A DNA stretch of 64,000 bases from Octopus sinensis (taxonomy: Eukaryota), in assembly GCF_006345805.1 (NCBI RefSeq), contig NC_043002.1, positions 67,766,001 to 67,830,000 on the forward strand, given 5' to 3'. Under the pieces are notes generated by a model, which was given only the letters and a program-made list of their open reading frames with translations, was not told where the DNA came from and made no database searches. The translations under genes were made by a program, and so were the position numbers. Shown one piece after another: positions 1 through 57,337 of this stretch (position 1 is its first letter; each line of letters starts with the position of its first letter).

Positions 1-1100
1 TGAGTGATGCTAACACCCCCTCAGCCTTCTTGACAATCTTAGAAATGTGGCTTGTCCAACGCAGAAGAAACCTAACTTCAAGCAACTTTTTATAAATCAG
101 TTTTTAGACACTATTTTCTAAACCTGGCAAAGAATTTTGATTTTGCATCCATTAAAAATTTTAGTGGGTGTGCTTGCTCTCCTTGCACTCCCTGTTCCTG
201 GGCCCTTGGAAAGGGCATCCAGCCAAGGAAAACCTGCCTAAAAAAGTACTGTGGGAGCCATTGAATCATAGAAAAGAGTACGTTAAAATGATGAGGGAAG
301 CAGTAGCAGTAACAGAGGAAGGAAGAAGAGGATGTAAATAGTTTAACTTTTATTATATTAAATTCGAAAATCAAGAAATAAAGCTGAATGAGAAGAAATG
401 TCAGTTTTGAGACAGATAATATTGGAGGGAAAGAAGACCAGATAAAAAAGATAAAGTGCCTTTGTGCTGTAAATTTTGTACCAAAAATAAATTTGATAAT
501 CACTGTTGGAAGATTTCTCAGTTATACAGGTTGTTCATAAATTATCTTTACAACTTACACAATTTATTGTATTGTATTATCTAGATGCATTGTGTGCAAC
601 CAATGGAGCCCATGTGGCAGTGTTCCAATGTTCCTAATAAAACCGTATTTGTTTGCCTATGTTTTCCAAAAACCTCTGCTGAGTTACCCTTATTTTTCAT
701 TTTTTTCTGAATTTTTCAAATTGTAAAGGTAATTTATGGATACCCTGTATAATGCTTATTGTTTAGCTCCAGGTCTGTTCTGATCCAGCAGACCTATGGT
801 CAAAGTCATACCAACTGCAACCCTCTTATAAATACATCAGCCAATGTTTGCTTTTTCAAGATGGTTTGAATGTGATTTAAGGAAGACTTGGCTGTTACTT
901 ATAGAAAATCAAACAACTACTAATTTCTCTTATCGGCTCAAATTTATATAATGCTGGGAGGACAGCAGATGAAGACAACAATAGTTTATCAATGGAAAAA
1001 TTGTAGGTGAGACCCATTTCTTCCTCTTTTATCAATGTTTCTTTGAAAGTGTTAACATTTGACAGCACCAGATTTCAAATACCACTGCAAAGTCCAGTTC

Positions 1101-1428
1101 TTGTGTTGTGGTGGCTTATATGCCTCTGTGACCCTGAGAGCTATGCCAGCAGAGTGCAAGCTCCTGGTAGTATCTCCCATACTGGACAGGTCACAGGATA
1201 AAGGCCACACTAATATGGACCACCTCCTTACAGAGGTAAAAATTGGTTTGTGTCAGGTCAACACCCCTACCTAGATAAAAAGCAAAGCTACTGAAATGTT
1301 GCTGATAATTCAAAAACAAGACTCGGGAGCAGAAATTCTTCCATCAGGGAAACATGCCCTGAGTTGAGAACAGTGGAGAAAAGTTGTTGATGGTCTGTGC
1401 TCCCTAGGGAGTGAAGGGTTTAAGTAAG
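1101..1428 (+). mobile_element. Short RTE-related bipartite element (5' UTR + 3' end)
   Basis: 5' GTGACCCTGAGAGCTATGCC...CTCCTGGTAG..CTCCCAT..GGACAGGTCA resembles RTE 5' UTRs; 3' GGTCTGTGCTCC..GGGAGTGAAGGGTTTAAGTAAG resembles RTE termini; no ORF in between. Confidence 0.45.
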
Positions 1429-2321
1429 ACTTCAGATAATATTGAATGTGAAGAAAGATTGTCATTGTTACTCAAGATAATAATTACAACTGATCAACTG
1501 AGGGTGGATGATACGTTTATGAATCATTTTGCTCATGTATAGACTGGAAAATTTCATCTGGGTCTGTGGTAAAAATGTTTTGTTTCATGATCCTGAAAGT
1601 GAAGCCACTGAATTTGGCAGAGATCATTATTTGCTGGAAACTCAGAAGTAAAATGAAAATGAAAGAACAGCATATATGAATATATGTTACCTTCCTTCAT
1701 TTTTTACCTCACAAGTCTCTACTCTTCTTATCCGACTAAAACTTCTTTTCAAGGGGAAAAGAGCCAGAAATTGTATGAGTCCGTATTTATAAATTTATTT
1801 TTATTTCCAGCTTGTTTCCAAAAAGAGATGCTCCTCTTAACCTAAAGAAGAGAATTTTTTTTTTACCTCTTTTTTTTTTCTCACAAGTTAATGTGAGTCA
1901 ATGCCCTGGATATTTACAGACCACTCCAGACTGGTAAGATCAATGTGGCTAATAATGTCCATTCCAAACACCTACAGGAAAAATATAGGTGGAAAGACTG
2001 GGAGTCTTTCAAATACTTACAAGTGGGTGAAGTCTGTTGGAAGAATCCAGGAACTAAATATGTTGTTAAATCAGACACTAAATTTTGCTCTTTCAGGTTT
2101 TTTCTAATGAAGTTGTACCATTTGAGAAATAAATAGTTGATATTACTGTCGAGGATATACTGTATTTAATGTCATAAAAGACACATGGGCATATTAGATA
2201 CAACCCAATTTCAGTGGCACATATTCAATGAAAAAGCTTTTTGTGCATAAACCCATTAGCATTCAGGTTTCTCCGTCAAATGTATTGCTTATCTATTCAC
2301 ATTGTTTTGAATTTATCATAC

Positions 2322-2714
2322 ACTAGCAGTATAGCCCAGCGTTGCTCGGGTTTGTTTTCTTTTCGACCCTTTAGAATTGGAATTTTTGAAAAGTAAAAAT
2401 TTTGCATTATGTAGTTTGTTATTCTCTTTAAGTGAACATTTTTCTGGTTGAAATATACTGAAAAATGGCGACACAGCAGTAAAAAAATCTTTAAAAGTAG
2501 GGATTTTCATAGAAAAAAAAGCACCTTTTTGATGTAAATAATTTTTGGTCTGATTTGAATTTTTTCTTCTACAGAATAAAGAGCAAGCCTTCTTCTATTA
2601 TTCTCTCATTTTTGGTCAGCTTGCACTGCAGGGTCTCAGAGGAGATAGTGTTAGTTGAAGGCTACCAAACCTGCCACACACACACACAGACAACTTCAGC
2701 TTTATATATAGAGA
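2322..2714 (+). mobile_element. Helentron/DINE-1-like non-autonomous element (HINE)
   Basis: Starts ACTAGCAGTATAGCCCAGCGTTGCTCGGG; ends with (CA)n-CAGACAACTTCAGCTTTATATATAGAG; interrupts a family-Z MITE. Family assignment from recalled terminal motifs. Confidence 0.55.
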
Positions 2715-3281
2715 TTATCTTATAGATTTGAGATTTCAATGATGTGCCTGCTTAGTTTTAGAATGACATTGTATGGTTGGTGTGAGAGGCTGGATCTGGC
2801 CAGTTTCAACATGGCTGGGCTTATGGGAGGCCCAACTTCATATACTGAACCTGGAGTGATTTCTGAGACATTTTTTGGGGGAAAATAATGTATCTTATAT
2901 GCCTTCAAATATGGCACATATAAGCGATATTACATTTACAATATTATATCTAATAGACTATTCTGAATTCTGATATTACTAGCATTGAACTTACTTTTAT
3001 CACTTTAAGGCCAATATTAGTCATGCACTGTAGTTGATTTAATTGCATATATACCCCAACCAAACACACACCATTTATAAATGTGTGGTCTTGTGTCATT
3101 TATCTAACTTTCATGAATTTATGATATAATGGAGAGGTGAAACGGGGTATAAAATTTAGTGATTGTAAGAGAGATTAGACAGATGACAGAATATTACAGA
3201 CATGTTGAAAAAAAAAGCAGAAAAGAAAAATAGAAACAAAGAAAATAGAGGAGAATGAAATTAGGATGAGATCCTTTAAAG

Positions 3282-3342
3282 ACAGGCAGACAGACAGACA
3301 GACAGATAGGTAGGTAGGTAAGTAGGTAAATAGATAGTTAGA
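3282..3342. repeat. Compound tetranucleotide repeat (CAGA)n-(TAGG)n
   Basis: Direct inspection. Confidence 0.85.
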
Positions 3343-3527
3343 TGTTTGGGTACGCCAGAAATATTCACAATTCATTATTTGTCCAAACTGAATTGCACTC
3401 AATGAAAATAAAAAGCTACCTATTAGCGTGAAAGAAGAATTATTAGAATTACATAAGCAGTTAAAGGGGCAAGAATTCTTTACAGTGCAGAATGGTTGAA
3501 CAAACAGGGGAGACTACTGGTGTTACT

Positions 3528-3612
3528 GACTCAGCTGCGGCGCCACCGTCAATTAGTCGGTGTAATGGCGCCTATCCAATTGTAGACCATGTCATACAAA
3601 TTTTGCCAATTG
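3528..3612 (+). promoter_or_regulatory. Likely symplekin proximal promoter / 5' UTR
   Basis: Local CpG-rich patch in AT-rich DNA with TGACTCA (3528), two GGCGCC palindromes and two CCAAT motifs, 55-140 nt upstream of the ATG. Confidence 0.35.
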
Positions 3613-3665
3613 ACATAGTTTTTACCGTATTTGTTATTCTGTTATATATTTTTATGAATATTACC

Positions 3666-49980
<46,315 letters not shown>

Positions 49981-50006
49981 ATTTTCATATTGGAAACGGT
50001 TTCATA

Positions 50007-50115
50007 TGTACATTTAATTACACCACTGTAAGCTATTTACTGAATTGTTGAAGTACGAAATTAAATCTTTTTTGTACAAATAAATAACTGGTTCAGTGTT
50101 TTCACTTTCTTGATG
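50007..50115 (+). promoter_or_regulatory. Probable symplekin polyadenylation site
   Basis: AATAAA at 50079-50084, three upstream TGTA (CFIm-type) motifs at 50007, 50027 and 50073, and a GT/T-rich tract (gttcagtgttttcactttctt) from 50091. Confidence 0.55.
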
Positions 50116-50719
50116 TAACAAAAAAGAATCACATTTGGCCAGTTTGATAAGGTCCCAGCTTGCCAACCTAAATACCAACAGTTCATATGTTGGCTTTGCA
50201 TTATACTCTTGGCCAAGACACTTGGCTTCTACCGGCCTACTGCTAACCATAACTGTCACCTGTTAGCATCACTTTTCACCAGAATAAGCAAGAATGCTAT
50301 ATAATTAACAAGTACAGGTGACTCTACTGATTTTCTAGTGACTGATGATTTGGTACCTCTTTTAATCCAGACATAATTATGTGTAGTCACTTAGATTTCT
50401 CCTGGCCATTATTGATAATAATTTTGCTGTCAAGTCTTTTCAACATGGCTGAAGTTGTTGACAGAAAGTAGGATATGAAAGCTTTATTTTTTTTTTGTTT
50501 TCATTCATATTCACTAGATACATTAAAAAAAATTCTCTGTGATATGGTTTTTGTTGACATGTTTTGTTGTTTGTGTTCATTATTTGGTAGAAATCCTTTT
50601 CCAATAGAAATTAATTTCATCTTTCAGTTGGAGTTATTTGATTGTATTATTCAGGTTTTTCAGTACGCTACTAATACACACACACACACACACACACACA
50701 CAGATATAATTAATGAAAG

Positions 50720-52695
50720 AGACAGAAGGTGGAAAATACGAGAATCTTTATTGATCACTAAAATCTATTTGAGCCATCTGACATTTATAGAAACTAAACA
50801 TCCTTGGAGTAGTTGAACACAAGATAGTGCACGAAGAAGACCCTATTGTCCTTGAATGATTTGAAGGTTGCACACCAATAATGACAAGTGCATGGTGAAG
50901 TATTAATGGTGCTGCAGCAGGAGGGGTAATCAACGGTTTGGCAGAGAAAGCATTGGCCGAAGTAACACCAGTAAATGACAGAATAGTCACAGCCACATTC
51001 AATGGAAACCCATCCATTATAGTAGTTATTAATTATGCACCCACGGTGGGAAGCAAGGATGCAGAGGAGTACTACGAAACACTGACAAATGTCATCAATG
51101 AAATACCAAAACACCATGTTACCATAGAATGGGGTGATTTTAATGCTCATTTGGGCAAGAATACAGTCTGCTACATATTCCATAAGGAAACCAACAAGAA
51201 TGGCCAGCTTCCCTTGAATCATGCAACAGAATGTAATCTTCACATCGCTAAAACTCTATTAAAAAAAAAAAGGAAAACAATGGAAATTTATCTCTGACAT
51301 GAATGGCAGCAAGTCCCAAATTGAATACATACTAATTAATACGAAACGGAAGCATTCTGTACACAATGTAGAAGCATATAACAGCTTTAGCAGTTTAATG
51401 GGTGACCATCGCTTAGTGACAGCCAGACTACATCTTAGTCTACATACAAGTAAAACTCCTGCAAGGAAAAATGCTACAATTGGTCTACATTGTGAAATGC
51501 AAAACAGCTTTATATGGTTACAGTGCATAACAGATTTGCTGAATTATCCACCAACAGGGATACTGTTACAGAGCAATATGGCAAGATTGTGCAATCAAAT
51601 GAGGAAGTGGCAGCAAAACTGATACCAATAAAGAAGAGGATGAAACAAAGAAAGTTAGCTGATGATCCTAGGTTAGAAAAAGCATGCAGTGAATTAGAAG
51701 TGGCATTCAGCAACTATCAAAAAACTGCCAACAACGATACTAAACAAACTTTCCAAAGAAAGAAAGAGGATCTAAAACAGGTGTACCAAGAGAAACTGGA
51801 TGAAATGATCTCCCAGGTCGAAAATGCAGACACAAAGTGTAAGCACAGAGAAAGTTGGAGGTTGATTAACTCCATCAAGCAGGGAATCATCAAAGGGAAA
51901 TCAAAGGACGAGGGAATCAAAAAGTGGTCCACTCATTTCTACGAATTACTTGGGAAGGAACTAGAAGTTGACAGTGAAACAGAAAATGAAGAATTAGCAA
52001 AGATACTTGACGGTTTGCAAATTGAAGATGGAGACTTCACAAAACAAGAAATAGAAAGAGCTACAAGTAACCTGAAAGAAGGAAAACAAACTGGTCCTGA
52101 CAACATCCCACCAGAAGTACTAAAAATATGTGATTTAGACAACATTATCCTTGAATTTGCGAACAAACTACTAAATGACAATGTGAAGCCAGAACAATGG
52201 TCTAAGATAGACTCGCTACCACTGCCCAAAACTGGAGACCTGAGTGATACTGGGAATTACAGAGGGATCAGTCTGTCTACCATTGTTGCAAAAATGGACA
52301 ACAAGATGATACTTAACTGAATACAGCATAAGATAGACAAACAACTGTGACCAAATCAAAATAGATTCAAATCAGGACGGTCAACAATATTTCACAATGT
52401 TGTACTTAGAAGACTGATAAAGGGAGTTAAGAGCCATAGCAGGAAAACTATCATTATCTATGTGGACTTTAAAAAAGGTTTTTCATTCAGTACATAGAGG
52501 AATGATGAAGAAGATACTTAAAGCATATGATATTCCACCAAGAATTCTGAGAGCAATAAGTAAGCTGTACGAGAACACCAGAGCAAAAGTGATCACTCAC
52601 GAGGGAGAGACGGAATTCTTTAAAGTCAAAGCCGAAGTATTACAAGGCGACATGTTAGCACCTTATCTCTTCGCCATCGTTCTGGACTATATTTA
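50720..52695 (+). mobile_element. RTE-superfamily LINE fragment (APE endonuclease + 5' half of RT), inactive
   Basis: APE: VINYAPT...WGDFNAHLG, SQIEYIL, GDHRLV. RT: GKQTGPDNIPPEVLK, NYRGISL, YVDFKK, VLQGDMLAPYLFAIVLDY. Several frameshifts and stops; ends before the YADD motif. Confidence 0.92.
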
Positions 52696-53859
52696 AACAT
52701 ACGAAAGGCTTATCTCTACCTGTTTGATATTTATGATACAAATGAAAGTTTTATTTTTATTTGATGACTCAAAAGGGGAATAAAAGTGGTGGTTGAGGTT
52801 CTAGTAGAGAAAACTTTTGTAGCATCATCACCGGTTTGACTGTTTCAAGAATCACACAAAATTGCGTAACAGATAAAAGTATATTATTCAACCACTTTCT
52901 CAATGATTGCTTTCAACGTTAAGTAAAATCAGCTGACAAAATAAGATCTTGAATACTGAAGTCACTGACAAAAGTGACATGTAAGACAGGCAACTTCATC
53001 TTGTTTTGAAAGATTCAACTGTTATTCACAAGTGTGATAAACGTTTGTAGAAGCATCTGCTTTAAAATAGATCAGTTGCAAGAAAATGTTAAAAGACTCA
53101 TTAGATATAGCTATTGAAAATTCTAATAGCCTATCCAAGAAAACATTGTTGTTATAAATTCATGCTACTGAAAAAAACATTGCTCACATAGAGAGATTTG
53201 TTAAAACTTAAGCTTTAGCCTATATATGCATTACATGAGATTGAGGCCTCATTACTCAGACTGACCTGATTTATTATCCTTAGCTTTATTTGTGACCAGT
53301 GGGATGTTCATATTCAATGAGTAAACAACAATATTCTGTGTTCAATGACATTCTTCACCTACTTTTTTAGACAAATCCATTTGACTGATTGGAAGACATT
53401 TTCCTTATAAATAATATCTAGATACAATTTTTTCTTTGATTCTTTTGTCTCAACTGCAATGTATGTTATCCTTCAGAACTTCAGAATATTTAGGCTCTGT
53501 TCTAATGAACCTTCCGAGCTTGTCAAAGCCTTTCTCAGCAATTCCGTTGCAGCTTTCTCTCTTTATTAAGAATTAAACACCCCTAATATTTCTTCAGTGA
53601 TATATCTCTTAAGTGAAAAATATATTTACCCCAACTGACTTAGTTGGACTTTTTGTGATTTTTTTCCTGTCTTACAAGTCACTTAGCAATCTACTTTTCC
53701 GACTTTGTTGAAAATTTTGACAAATGAGGATACTCAGATTTGTGCTGCAATAAATTTTCAGATTTAAGATAAGCTTGTTATGGAAACTAATACCGAAATG
53801 AAATTGTATTTCTAAAAAAAAAATGCACTAAGGTTCACGATTATTAAAATTTGCATCAT

Positions 53860-54250
53860 TTCCTAGTTAGCGTTGGTACTTTGGGCGATCTAAAGACCAA
53901 GTTACTAGTTTTTTTTAAACATCCTTACACACTAGTAGTTTTGAAAGGCTACCCAAAACCTCACCTTCCTGTTATATGGAGAAAAAAAAAGTGAATGGAA
54001 CATCGGAATATTGTTCTAAGATTGCTTTACCATTTTTTTCTTGCCCAGCTGTCAAAGAATATTGTCAAACTAAGAAACTTCAAAATAAATCTTTGCTTTT
54101 TGAGGACAACACACCAGATTCACCTACCTAAACTGATAATATTCAAGTTGCTTTATTACCTCCAAATGCAACTAGTCTGCTTCAATTTATGAACCAAAGG
54201 ATTATTAAAGCATTCAAAGCCTACTGTTTGTGGTGCAACTTTAAGTAGTT
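53860..54250 (+). mobile_element. pogo/Tigger DDE transposase relic
   Basis: Frameshifted LKGYPKPHLPVIWRKKK, AVKEYCQTKKLQNKSLLFEDNTP, VALLPPNATSLLQFMNQRIIKAFKAY - typical DDE_1 (Tigger) motifs. Confidence 0.85.
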
Positions 54251-54960
54251 CACAAAGTGGTGAAATGAAACAGACTGTAAATGAGTTTATGAATTTTGAT
54301 GAGGTTAACTTTTGAAAATTTGAGAAAATCACAAAGATGACTTGGTAAGATATTTTTTAGAATGTTGAGCCTCATAAATGAGATAATATATTTCAAGGCG
54401 TATGATGATATGCTATATTGCAGGTCTGCAAAGATCAGGTTCGAATTTTATCATTTCGGGATTTAAAAAAAAAAAGTACCAATACCAATCAAGTACTGGT
54501 ATCGAAGTAATAGATTACAAATCAAAAGTGAGTTTTTAGAGACTGACAAAGTCGTCATCAACTTAATTCTGGCAACTCCCTCAATGACACCGATGCCAAT
54601 CTGTATCTACTTTTTTCCTTTTCATAGATAACATCGGTGGCATTACTTAACTTGGTGCATCGTCAGCTGCTGATCTTCCATATAATACGAACACAAATCC
54701 ATGATCTCTCGAGACTGATAAGCCCATGCCAATAATAATAATAATGGCTTCAAATTTTGCCACAAGGGCAGCCATTTTGGGGGAGAGGATGTGTCAATTA
54801 TGTCAACCCCAGTGTTCAACTGGTACTTAATTTATCAACCCTGAAAGGATGAAAGGCAAAGTTGACCTCAGTGGAATTTGAACTCAGAGCGTACCGGCAG
54901 ACGAAATATTGCTAAGCATTTCACCTGGCGTGCTAACGATTCTGCAAGCTCGCCACCTTC

Positions 54961-54993
<33 letters not shown>

Positions 54994-55058
54994 AATAATG
55001 ATGATGATGATGGTGATGGTGGTGGTGGTGGTGGTGATGATGATGATGATGATGATGA
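54961..55058. repeat. Compound trinucleotide repeat (AAT)n-(GAT)n-(GGT)n-(GAT)n
   Basis: Direct inspection. Confidence 0.92.
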
Positions 55059-57163
55059 ACTCCTGTGAATTTAGTTTCTAAAAGACAGATTTAACATGAA
55101 CACAATGTAATAAGGCTTACTCCTATGGATATTGTGGGTTAGAAGATATTTACCGAAACAAAGAGGCACAATGGTCGTAAATAATGATTTTCAACCAATG
55201 CTGTGGCATTAGTGGACTTTATCTACCAACATTTGACTGATATTTTTTATTATACATATGAAAGGGATAAAAGGGAAAATCGACTTCGGCGGGTTTGAAC
55301 GTAAAACGTAGCACTAGGCCAGACCCAATTGGGTAGACCTTAGATCAAATACATTCCCGGAGTGATGATCCAGTTTGTGTGTGTGTGTGTGTGTGTTTTC
55401 CATTGTGTAGACCTTAGATCAAAGGCATTCCCGGGGTGACGATCCCGTGTGTGTGTGTGTGTGTGTGTGTGTTTTCCAGCAACGTACCGTTTCTTTTTAA
55501 TATAGTATGATGCGTTTTGAGGGAAATTTAGTTGCAATTTCTAGCAAAGTCACTGGTTGCTCGAAGCCCCCACGTTATTTCGTCTGCTATCATTGACACA
55601 TCACAGTCATATAAGAGTTATCTAACTTAGTTTCAATGTTGGAGCCATTTTAACAGATCGGTAAGTTTGTTTATTATAATTTATCTGCCGCAATATTCGA
55701 TTATTTTCGTCGGTTTCACGGTTCTGTAAAATATTAGCAGTTTTAAAATCTTTGAAATATGCATTGTTATAAAGTGATTGCATTTACTTATTTTTCATTG
55801 ATATTTTAAACAGTTTATCTTTAATTTACCCTGACATCATCGTTTAATTAACCATACTTTTAATAGTGCTTGTTTAATATTTGTATGTAAATACATAAAT
55901 ATCATTACCAAAGGAATTGTACAAATATCTTGAATACTGAACCAAAGAACGAAATATAGAAATGTTTTAAACAAATATGATAACCACATAGTTTCCATAT
56001 GAAAATTCCCAATACATAGAAAACTATATGTAAGCAAAATGAAACTTTAACCATAATTCTCAATGAAGTAAAATAGTTTTAAATTTCGTGAATGCTTTCT
56101 TAACAAAACTTGTGCATGATATATGTTGATATTAGACATATCTTTATTTCTTTGACAAAATTTTGATAAGGTTATTTATTATAAAAATGATGCCATATTT
56201 TAGTGTTCAATTAGGGCGTGGAGAGCGGTACTTACAACGGAGATACTTTGCTGTTGCTAAATTTGGTGGCAGAGCCTGTCTTTGATTTATTGGAAGTTGA
56301 TAAATAAGAACCAGTTACAACTAGTTTGTATCTTTCCTACATGAGGAAGAGAGAATTGTTGACATTCAAGTGTCCGTCCAACTCAGAGCCTAGCTTAACA
56401 ATGATTGAGCACACCTGTAATTAAAGACGTTTGTACCATGAACGTCTCGCCTTCTTCTCGAACATTGCGTATCTAAGGTTTTTCTCGCCTCGGCAAAAAT
56501 TGCGAAGCTGGGAAATGCGCACCACAAACTATAAAGCTTCATCGCACAGGTATATTCTTCTGCAACGTGGATCTGGATTTTGGGCCTCTGAAACGGTTGG
56601 CAGTGATGTAAAGTCTACTGACAAGAGCATGTCTGAATTTACTGGATGCTGCTAATCAGGATTCTAAATGTTAGTGACACAGGGCAACGCTAGTTGGAGG
56701 CTTCTTCTGAAGTTGGCATGTTTAAGAAATAGTCATCCTTAAGTTCCATGGTGTTAAAATTACTGAGAAGTAATTATTTTGGCTGTGCCTTGCTTAATAC
56801 TTATTTGTACTAGCAATGGCATTCGCCCTGGGGTGGATTGAGCCAGCTCTGACCAATGAGTTCACCATGTCTCTTACAAATGCTGACCACATCCAACAGT
56901 CAACCCTAATGTTTCAGCAACCAAAGTAATGTTTCTGCCTGCAGTCCAAATATCCAGCTTGTAAATTTGACAAATTCCCCACCAAGAGAGCAAGGTATAT
57001 TGTTCATGTTTGAATGTATTGCCTAATAAATCAAAATTGGCTTAATTCCTTGTTGAATATTTTCTAACACCATTTTATTGTAAGAGTTATTTTGCTTGAA
57101 AAATACTTTTGATCACTTTTCGTTTTATTTTCTACAGATTCTTTTCATGTTAAATAATACTCC

Positions 57164-57337
57164 ATGAACACCCTTTCAGCCAACGCAGACAATTTATGGT
57201 CGACACTTTGTATCAAATTGAAACATAGTGTTGTATTTATTGATAATGTATCTTCTGAAATCCTCCATTGGAATGGTGGCCTCACAAGACTTGTAAAAGC
57301 TGGAGTTAATGATGTTAGAGAGTTTTCTTCTTTCGAG
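57164..57337 (+). CDS. SCFD2: SCFD2 coding exon 1
   Basis: MNTLSANADNLWSTLCIKLKHSVVFIDNVSSEILHWNGGLTRLVKAGVNDVREFSSFE; in-frame TAA just upstream; acceptor at 57137; donor gtatga. Confidence 0.88.

Noticed and set aside
111-503. 130-aa minus-strand ORF at the window start
   Set aside because: F/L/I-rich translation of A-rich plus-strand DNA plus a degenerate SINE; no homology recognised
50014-50259. 81-aa minus-strand ORF overlapping the symplekin 3' end
   Set aside because: No recognisable homology and a poor polypyrimidine tract; ORFs of this size are common by chance in this window
52900-53780. Coding-like minus-strand stretch (e.g. NGIAEKGFDKLGRF, KSEYPHLSK) and several acceptor-like sites
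   Set aside because: All frames are interrupted by stops and motifs only vaguely resemble hAT transposases; cannot be classified
55600-55660. Plus-strand exon ending at the strong donor TCG|gtaagt (55660) as SCFD2 5' UTR exon 1
   Set aside because: Possible but unsupported. It could be a by-product of the antisense candidate exon C, and a closer donor (56994) explains the acceptor at 57137 equally well. Not called as a feature.
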